From the IMG/VR virus record IMGVR_UViG_3300042393_000449, positions 1 through 32,505 of that record: DNA of 32,505 bases; one strand, given 5' to 3'. Each line of letters opens with the position of its first letter. Position 1 is the first letter of the stretch. The stretch is from a virus. Lineage: Duplodnaviria > Caudoviricetes. Shown piece by piece: positions 26,436-32,505 of the stretch. The notes below the pieces were generated by a model. It worked only from the letters and a program-made list of their open reading frames with translations, made no database searches and was not told where the DNA came from. Position numbers and translations under genes: made by a program.

Positions 26436-26506
26436 AGGAAAAAATCGCACACTTATTTATAATTTTTATCATGATATTATCTATTTTAACAATTATTTTA
26501 AAATGA
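26432..26506 (+). CDS. 24-aa hydrophobic peptide (MKEKIAHLFIIFIMILSILTIILK)
   Basis: ATGA overlaps at both ends, exactly bridging two genes. Confidence 0.5.
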   Translation: MKEKIAHLFIIFIMILSILTIILK

Positions 26507-27996
26507 AATTAAGACCTTATCAAACAGAATTAAAAGACGAAATTAGATCCAATTTTGCTGCCGGAAATCGCGCCGTCGTTTTATGCAGTCCTACCGGAAG
26601 CGGCAAAACTGTGACATTCGCCGACATCGCGTTCGACACGGTTAAAAATGGAAAATCTGTTATTGTCGTAGTGGATCGAAAAGAATTGATCGATCAATCA
26701 GTCAACAAATTGAAAGAATACGGATTGAAACCCGAAATAATAACTGGCGGCGTTAAATGGATCGATTATAAAAAAAATTGCTTCGTCGCTACGGTCCAAA
26801 CGTTGAAAAATCGAAAATTTCCATTTGTCGACCTGGTTATTATTGACGAAGCACATAAACAGATCTTTGACGAAGTGGCAAAAACGTACGTCGATCGCGG
26901 TTCCTTCGTTATTGGAGCGACGGCGACGCCTTTACGTAAAGGAAATAAAACGACGCAATTAGGATCAATTTATAAATCCATGGTCCAATCCGTTAATATT
27001 AGTGATCTAATTTCTGACGGATTTCTTTGTCCGGCTCGTACAAAAGGCGTTGAAATAGATGTCGACGACGTTAAACAAAAGGCCGGCGATTATGATTCAA
27101 ATCAATTATTCCAGGCGTACGACAAGCCGTTTTTGTACGATGGATTGATCGATAAGTACAACGAATTTTCGAAAGGAAAAAAGACGATCATTTTTAATAT
27201 AAACGTTCAGCATTCCATTAAAACAAAAAACGCCTTTTTAGCTGCCGGATACGATTGTCGACATGTTGACGGAACAACGCCAAAAAACGAACGCGAAGCG
27301 GCGTTACGTTGGTTTAAACATACGCCCGGCGCGATCCTTTGCAATGTTGATATATTAACGACCGGATACGACGAACCGTCAATCGAAACAGTTGTCGTTA
27401 ATCGCCGAACAAAATCAGTCCCTTTGTGGCTGCAAATGTGCGGCCGTGGATCGCGAACTTTTAAAAATAAAAAGGAATTTATTATTATTGACATGGGCGG
27501 CAACGTTACCGAGTTGGGACATTGGGAACGTGAAAGATCTTTTTCTTTGTGGCATAAAGTAAGCAATAAAGCCGGAATCGCGCCGCAAAAACAATGTCCG
27601 GAAGGATTGATCGAAATAAAGGAAAACGGCGATTTTATCGAAGTTAGTCGCGACGACATGGATTTTAAACAGTTAAAAAAATTCGGCTGCGGCGACTTCG
27701 TTCACGCTTCGGCGCCGTTATGTCCGAAATGCGGCTTCGTTTTCCCTAAAAGCGAAATGATGTTAATCGATTCGACGTTTTCAGAAATCGGCGAAACGGC
27801 GATCCCGGAGCGATTAAAAAAGCCGATCGCCGAAATGTCATTCCGGGACCTGGTGGATTTCCAGGAATTGAAAGGATTCAAAAAACATTGGATATTTCAC
27901 AACATCGAACACAATCACGAAAATTTGACTAAATTCGCGGCGTTCATGGGGTACGATTCGAAGTGGGTATATTACGCAGAAAATAATTTAATATAA
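26503..27996 (+). CDS. SF2 DExH helicase with C-terminal Zn ribbon
   Basis: LRPYQ, SPTGSGKT, IIDEAH, TAT, TTGYD.P, QMCGRGSR, CPKCG. Confidence 0.93.
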   Translation: MKLRPYQTELKDEIRSNFAAGNRAVVLCSPTGSGKTVTFADIAFDTVKNGKSVIVVVDRKELIDQSVNKLKEYGLKPEIITGGVKWIDYKKNCFVATVQTLKNRKFPFVDLVIIDEAHKQIFDEVAKTYVDRGSFVIGATATPLRKGNKTTQLGSIYKSMVQSVNISDLISDGFLCPARTKGVEIDVDDVKQKAGDYDSNQLFQAYDKPFLYDGLIDKYNEFSKGKKTIIFNINVQHSIKTKNAFLAAGYDCRHVDGTTPKNEREAALRWFKHTPGAILCNVDILTTGYDEPSIETVVVNRRTKSVPLWLQMCGRGSRTFKNKKEFIIIDMGGNVTELGHWERERSFSLWHKVSNKAGIAPQKQCPEGLIEIKENGDFIEVSRDDMDFKQLKKFGCGDFVHASAPLCPKCGFVFPKSEMMLIDSTFSEIGETAIPERLKKPIAEMSFRDLVDFQELKGFKKHWIFHNIEHNHENLTKFAAFMGYDSKWVYYAENNLI

Positions 27997-28016
27997 TAAA
28001 ATTTATAATAAAATTT

Positions 28017-28208
28017 ATGATAAGAAAAGGAACGCAAATAATTAAATTCGAAGAGATCGACCTTGAAAAATTAAAACAGTTAGCAGACAAAAACAAAAGA
28101 AAAGCCGGTAAACAAGACCTTTTAGAATTGGCCGTCGAAATCGCAAACAAGGCGATCGATCATTTGGACGACGAAGATTTCGAAAATTTATTTAATTTAA
28201 AATTGTAA
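28017..28208 (+). CDS. Small putative DNA-binding protein (ribbon-helix-helix-like)
   Basis: 63 aa, strand-helix-helix pattern by eye; function weakly supported. Confidence 0.5.
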   Translation: MIRKGTQIIKFEEIDLEKLKQLADKNKRKAGKQDLLELAVEIANKAIDHLDDEDFENLFNLKL

Positions 28209-28232
28209 TTGTAAAATATATTATTATATTTG
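28203..28232 (+). promoter_or_regulatory. Bacteroidota-type promoter
   Basis: TTG 28203-28205, N19, TATATTTG 28225-28232. Confidence 0.65.
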
Positions 28233-28237
28233 TGGCC

Positions 28238-28323
28238 GAAGCCTCGGAAACTTCTAAAAATATTATTGTAAAAGTCATTTATCAAAGGTCGTCCGAGGCA
28301 CCTTTTTTAAATGGCTTTTTTTT
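28238..28323 (+). ncRNA. Putative structured leader / small RNA ending in a terminator
   Basis: Hairpin GAAG-CCTCGGAAA-CTTC; long hairpin 28270-28319 with loop CGTCCGAGGC and T8; GCCTCGGA is complementary to TCCGAGGC. Confidence 0.6.
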
Positions 28324-28349
28324 ATTAATTAATTTATTAAATTATTATT

Positions 28350-28547
28350 ATGGATGTAGAATTTAAATTAAGTCGCAAAGAGTTACAAGATACGACTATA
28401 AACGTATCAAAAAGAGGGTGTGAGGAATGTTTAATAGTTATAACAAATAAAGGCGAAAAGTTTCCTTCATATACGCCTTTAAGTTTACAAGACGCAATCA
28501 ACTTAAAAAACGCGTTGGATTGTATTATTAAAACGATGGAATTATGA
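28350..28547 (+). CDS. Hypothetical protein
   Basis: 65 aa, ATGA-coupled to the primase gene. Confidence 0.6.
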   Translation: MDVEFKLSRKELQDTTINVSKRGCEECLIVITNKGEKFPSYTPLSLQDAINLKNALDCIIKTMEL

Positions 28548-30739
28548 ACGTATCATATTACAAAACAATAAAACATACTACTGACGGCGTTGAAATAAAT
28601 ATAAACGACGCGTTCGAAGCCGTTAAAAGTGGCGAGTGGGCGGAACACGTTCAAAAGGTTCGTGAAGGAAAAACAAAGGACGAGCGTTCAAGTTTAAAAC
28701 AAACGGTCCCTTATTTTACAACTTCCGGAACCTTTAAAAATCGAAGTTTAGCCGGATTGATAAAACATTCCGGATTAATAGCGATTGATTTTGATAATTT
28801 AACCGATGTTAACGAAGTTAAATCTTATTTAGCGTTTGATCGTTATTCGTGGTTTACATCTGTTTCTATTGGTGGCGACGGTTTATGCGTAATTGTGAAA
28901 ATTGATCCGGATAAACATTTAGAAAGTTTTAAATTTTTGTCTGAATATTATTTAAAAAATTATAATTTAGAAGTAGATCAAGCATGTAAAGACATTCCGC
29001 GACCGCGCTTCGTAATGCATGACGTCGACGCTATTTTAAATGATTCGGCGGTCCGCGTTTCATTGGAAGAAGAAAAGGTATTCGATCCGGAACGTATTAT
29101 CGCAATTGCCGAAAACATGATCCGAACGGCACCGGACGGAAAACGCCACAACGAACTATTAAAAGCGTCGCGATTAATGGGTGGATATGTTGGCGGCGGA
29201 TTGTTGGACGAAAATACGGTTTTAGCGCGCTTAATTTCTGTATGGTTGTCGCGTAAGTTTAAAGAAGATTACCCTTTTGAAAAGACTATAAAAGACGGAA
29301 TTTCAAACGGTATTTTATCGCCGATTACATTCGAACATTATACCGAAGCGACAATAAAAAAAGCAGAAAACAGTAAGGCGATCGCAATCGTTTACGCTAA
29401 GGCGCGCGAAATTAACAGAGTAGGGCGTATGTTTGACAAGTCGGATTTTGAAGATTTTTTTAAAACCGGATTATCTAAAAAAGAAATCGAAAATATATTT
29501 AAAAAAGTATTCGACGAAGAAAAACATTTACACGGATTTAACGATTTTTCAAAACAATTAAAACTTGAAATAACAATCGGCGAACGTTGGGAGTTTAGAA
29601 GAAATGTCGTTTTAAATAATTGCGATTATAGAATAAAATCGGATAAAAATTCAAAATTTGAAGATGTAAACTTTGACACCGTGACACGTCACGCGCTACA
29701 TTGCGGACAAACTACGACCGTAAACAATATTAAATCTTTGCTTCAATCGGATTTTGTTAAAGAAATAGATCCAATAAAGGAGTATTTTAACGGCCTGGAT
29801 AAATGGGACGGAAAAACGGATCATATAAAAATATTAAGCGATCACGTACAATTGGCCGAAGAAAATCGCGATTTTTTTACTTCTATGTTTAAAAAACATT
29901 TGGTCCGATCCGTTGAACAAACTTTCGGCGGCGACGTCAATCGATACGTTTTTACATTGGTAGGCGAAAAGCAAAAGACCGGAAAATCGATGTTTATTCG
30001 AAAACTTAGTCCATTCGTAAAAGGCGAGTATTACACGGAAACAATGATCCGTGACGACAAGGACGGACAAATCGCGTTCGCAGAAAATTTCATTTATAAC
30101 ATTGAAGAATTTAATAGCGCGTCTGTAAAGGATTCGAATAGATTAAAAGCAATGATTTCGCAATACGTCGTAAAAGAACGAAGAGCGTACGCGCACGGCG
30201 TCAAATTAATGGAGCGACGTTGTAATCTTTGGGCGTCAACAAATAATTCCGAATTTTTAACGGACACCGAGAACACGCGTTGGATCTGTTTTGAGATAAC
30301 CGGTATAAATTGGGATTATAGCAAATTGGACGTAAATTTAATTTGGTCCCAGGCAATGACATTGTATTTAGATCCGAACTATTCAGTTACTTTCACGGCA
30401 GAAGAAGAGGAAAAGCAATCGACAATGAATAAACAACACGAGGTCGCGACTACGGCAACGGATGTATTAATGCAGCACTTTAAACCGGCAAAAAATAAAG
30501 ATCCTTTCGCGATACATTTATCAACTACGGAAATATTATCGAGAATGATCGCAATTGTCGGCGTTGGAACTAGAATAGATCGATCAGACGTTTTAAAGGC
30601 GTTGACGAGTTTAGGATATGTTTGTGTAAATAGTCGAAGCGGTGACGATAAAAAACAAAGAAAAGGTTTTTACGTGATCCAGGAAGACATGACGCCGCAA
30701 CCTTTCAAAATGTTAAAGCCGAATTATGAACAAAATTAA
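28544..30739 (+). CDS. Primase-helicase: BT4734/VirE-N-like domain plus VapE/VirE ATPase
   Basis: LKQTVPYFTTSGTF, HSGLIAIDFD, S.GGDG, DQACKDIPRPRFVMHD; G.RHNELL; Walker A GEKQKTGKS, NIEEF, ASTN..EFLTD.ENTRW. Confidence 0.88.
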   Translation: MNVSYYKTIKHTTDGVEININDAFEAVKSGEWAEHVQKVREGKTKDERSSLKQTVPYFTTSGTFKNRSLAGLIKHSGLIAIDFDNLTDVNEVKSYLAFDRYSWFTSVSIGGDGLCVIVKIDPDKHLESFKFLSEYYLKNYNLEVDQACKDIPRPRFVMHDVDAILNDSAVRVSLEEEKVFDPERIIAIAENMIRTAPDGKRHNELLKASRLMGGYVGGGLLDENTVLARLISVWLSRKFKEDYPFEKTIKDGISNGILSPITFEHYTEATIKKAENSKAIAIVYAKAREINRVGRMFDKSDFEDFFKTGLSKKEIENIFKKVFDEEKHLHGFNDFSKQLKLEITIGERWEFRRNVVLNNCDYRIKSDKNSKFEDVNFDTVTRHALHCGQTTTVNNIKSLLQSDFVKEIDPIKEYFNGLDKWDGKTDHIKILSDHVQLAEENRDFFTSMFKKHLVRSVEQTFGGDVNRYVFTLVGEKQKTGKSMFIRKLSPFVKGEYYTETMIRDDKDGQIAFAENFIYNIEEFNSASVKDSNRLKAMISQYVVKERRAYAHGVKLMERRCNLWASTNNSEFLTDTENTRWICFEITGINWDYSKLDVNLIWSQAMTLYLDPNYSVTFTAEEEEKQSTMNKQHEVATTATDVLMQHFKPAKNKDPFAIHLSTTEILSRMIAIVGVGTRIDRSDVLKALTSLGYVCVNSRSGDDKKQRKGFYVIQEDMTPQPFKMLKPNYEQN

Positions 30740-30740
30740 G

Positions 30741-30768
30741 CAAAAACGCGTCGAAAGGCGCGTTTTTG
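30741..30768. terminator. Terminator-like hairpin after the primase gene
   Basis: CAAAAACGCGTC-GAAA-GGCGCGTTTTTG. Confidence 0.7.
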
Positions 30769-31042
30769 TTACTTGTTACAAATTAAAAAGTTAGTTTGTA
30801 TCAAAAAAGTATCAAGATAACTAATTGAAAATCAATGAAATATACTAAATGCGACTTTGTTACTTTAAAATATATAAAATATATATATATTTATTATTAA
30901 TTAAGTAGTAAGGGTTATAGGGTATAGGATATTAAAAGTTTTGAAAAAAATCAGGTAACACGGTAACAAAGGGGTTCAATATATTGATTCTTAGTTAATT
31001 GAATAGTCAAAAATGAAAAAGTAACAAAAACAAATGGTAACA
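30767..31042. other. Putative replication origin
   Basis: Largest non-coding gap; TGTTAC x3 on the left and GTAACA x4 on the right of a pure A/T core (30864-30904); adjacent to the primase-helicase. Confidence 0.55.
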
Positions 31043-31678
31043 GAAGACAAAATTCAATCCGACGCCTTTTTATGGACCTGGAAAATATTTCCGGAATACC
31101 GGACAATGTTCTTCGCGATTCCGAACGGCGGGAAAAGATCGCCGCGCGAAGCTTCAAAACTGAAATTAACCGGAACGGTGCCAGGAATACCCGACACGAT
31201 GTTTCAGATTGACGGGAAAACGTTCTTATTTGAATTTAAAATCGAAAAAGGCGTATTATCTTCGGAACAAATTTTAATACGCTTAAATCGCTTAAAAAAC
31301 GGGTTTAAATATTTCGTCATTCGCGACGTCGATCAATTCAAACAAATTTATTTATATTTAATCATGACAGAAATAAAAAAGAAATTCACCAGGTTAGAAG
31401 AAATTCACGGGATCGCGTTTTTCGGAATGGATCAAAAGACACTTGAATACCAAAATAAAATATTCAAATATATTTATGATTTAGATTTAGATCAAATTGT
31501 TAAAATTTCCGATATTTGCGAAAAAGAAAATATATCGCTATTTACTGAAAGCGTCAAAAAATTTATTATCTTTGAGATGGACCAGGCCGAAGGGTTCGTT
31601 TTAGAATTTAACGAAAATTATTCGGCATTTAGAAAATTTGAAAGTTATGTCTATAAAAAAAATAAAGTTAAAAAGTAA
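31034..31678 (+). CDS. VRR-NUC (PD-(D/E)XK) nuclease with C-terminal extension
   Basis: EDKIQ, FAIPNGGKR, GTVPGIPD, FEFK...G.LS.EQ. Confidence 0.8.
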   Translation: MVTEDKIQSDAFLWTWKIFPEYRTMFFAIPNGGKRSPREASKLKLTGTVPGIPDTMFQIDGKTFLFEFKIEKGVLSSEQILIRLNRLKNGFKYFVIRDVDQFKQIYLYLIMTEIKKKFTRLEEIHGIAFFGMDQKTLEYQNKIFKYIYDLDLDQIVKISDICEKENISLFTESVKKFIIFEMDQAEGFVLEFNENYSAFRKFESYVYKKNKVKK

Positions 31679-32138
31679 AGTCGAACCGGTCGTTCAAAAA
31701 CGAAGAGTAGGTCGGCCGAGATCCTTCGAAGAACCCGAAGACATGTTCGCCGTTTTTTTAGAGTATGAAGCCGACATCAAAAAGAATCCGTTTCTAGTAC
31801 ATGACTACAAAGGAAAAGACGTCGAATCCGTAATGATAAAAAAACAAAGACCGTTAACTATGGAAGGATTTCAAAACCATTGTTGGCGTACTGAAATATG
31901 CAAAGACATCGAAGATTATTTTTATAATAAAGACGGCCGTTACGAAAAATTTACCGGAGTCTGCAATTTAATTAAAAAACTAATTAGACAAAATCAAATC
32001 GAAGGCGGGGCCGCCGGGATCTTTAACGCGTCGATCACGCAACGACTAAATAATCTAGTCGAAAAATCCGAAGTCGTCGAAAAAATAATCGAAAAGAAAC
32101 AAGTTTTCGAGATCAACGGAACAATAATCGAATTTTAA
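31647..32138 (+). CDS. terS: Terminase small subunit (P22 gp3-like)
   Basis: GRPRSF..PEDM, RPLTMEGF, QIEGGAAGIFNASITQR; ATG 31647. Confidence 0.82.
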   Translation: MSIKKIKLKSKVEPVVQKRRVGRPRSFEEPEDMFAVFLEYEADIKKNPFLVHDYKGKDVESVMIKKQRPLTMEGFQNHCWRTEICKDIEDYFYNKDGRYEKFTGVCNLIKKLIRQNQIEGGAAGIFNASITQRLNNLVEKSEVVEKIIEKKQVFEINGTIIEF

Positions 32139-32172
32139 TTTTTGGCCCTCTTTGCGGTAACGGTCGAGGGTT

Positions 32173-32208
32173 GCGGCGGGTTCGGTAGTTTGTCCCGTCG
32201 CTTTTTTT
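32173..32208 (+). terminator. Intrinsic terminator after terS
   Basis: GCGGCGGG / CCCGTCGC stem with T7. Confidence 0.72.
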
Positions 32209-32227
32209 AAATTATTTTGTATAAAAG

Positions 32228-32258
32228 TTTGTGTATCTAAATAAATGTAGTATATTTG
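32228..32258 (+). promoter_or_regulatory. Bacteroidota-type promoter driving the pentapeptide cassette
   Basis: TTTG-N19-TATATTTG; part of the 47-bp repeat 32223-32269. Confidence 0.78.
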
Positions 32259-32279
32259 TCAAAACAAAATATTAGAAGT

Positions 32280-32505
32280 ATGATTAAAATAGAAATTAAA
32301 AATCGATTTACCGGAAGCATTATTTTTGAATATTCAAAAGAAAATAATACAATTTTAGAAACATTAAAAGAAGCGTTAAAATCCGGCGCGAATTTATCCG
32401 GCGCGAATTTATCCGGCGCGAATTTATCCGGCGCGAATTTATCCGGCGCGAATTTATCCGGCGCGAATTTACGAAGCGCGGATTTATCCGGCGCGAATTT
32501 ACGAA
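32280..32505 (+). CDS. Pentapeptide repeat protein, 5' part (continues at the window start)
   Basis: [36 protein letters not shown] then ANLSG repeats, open to the window end. Confidence 0.92.
   Translation, partial: MIKIEIKNRFTGSIIFEYSKENNTILETLKEALKSGANLSGANLSGANLSGANLSGANLSGANLRSADLSGANLR
32420..32505 (+). repeat. 86-bp terminal overlap identical to 1-86 (circular contig join)
   Basis: Exact match including the order of variant units; reading frame preserved across the join. Confidence 0.9.

Noticed and set aside
1210-31157. Numerous antisense or alternate-frame ORFs nested in long genes (e.g. 2802-3053, 7315-7722, 7864-8220, 23666-23986, 27207-27659)
   Set aside because: Shadow frames of well-supported genes, with no motifs or expression signals
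921-32138. Alternative genetic code (stop-codon reassignment)
   Set aside because: Core genes are full length and densely packed under the standard code
32144-32208. tRNA gene
   Set aside because: No cloverleaf, no proper T-loop and no acceptor stem; it folds as two hairpins plus a T-run
32420-32505. Biological direct terminal repeat
   Set aside because: It lies mid-gene within a tandem repeat; an assembly overlap of a circular or permuted genome is the simpler explanation

Overview
This window looks like a complete tailed-phage genome of about 32.4 kb. Bases 32420-32505 are identical to bases 1-86, giving a 32,419-bp circle that is opened inside a pentapeptide-repeat gene. TAnnTTTG/TTTG promoter motifs, AT-rich start regions and a BT4734/VirE-type primase-helicase point to a Bacteroidota host (inference). 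Gene order: terL; Mu-like head/neck module (gp36-like, DUF935-like portal, MuF, ClpP-type protease, capsid); contractile tail (sheath, tube, frameshifted chaperone, tape measure, baseplate, several fibre/lectin genes); GH24 lysozyme; a short leftward operon with an SSB-like gene; a rightward replication operon (SF2 helicase, primase-helicase, probable origin, VRR-NUC); terS; then a separately promoted small-gene cassette between terS and terL. I recognised no integrase, transposase, repressor, DNA polymerase or methyltransferase. Best leads: (1) MuF fused to a C-terminal HExxH metallopeptidase and followed by a coupled 61-aa candidate immunity gene; (2) a promoter-leader-terminator upstream of the primase whose two hairpin loops are complementary (kissing loop or attenuator); (3) a neck protein with one CBM5/12-like repeat nested inside another; (4) CCAG/CTGG tolerated almost only as CCWGG; (5) a 47-bp promoter duplicated in inverted orientation; (6) a shared NNSY C-terminus on TerL and the neck protein. 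All family assignments come from motifs and synteny read by eye, with no database search.
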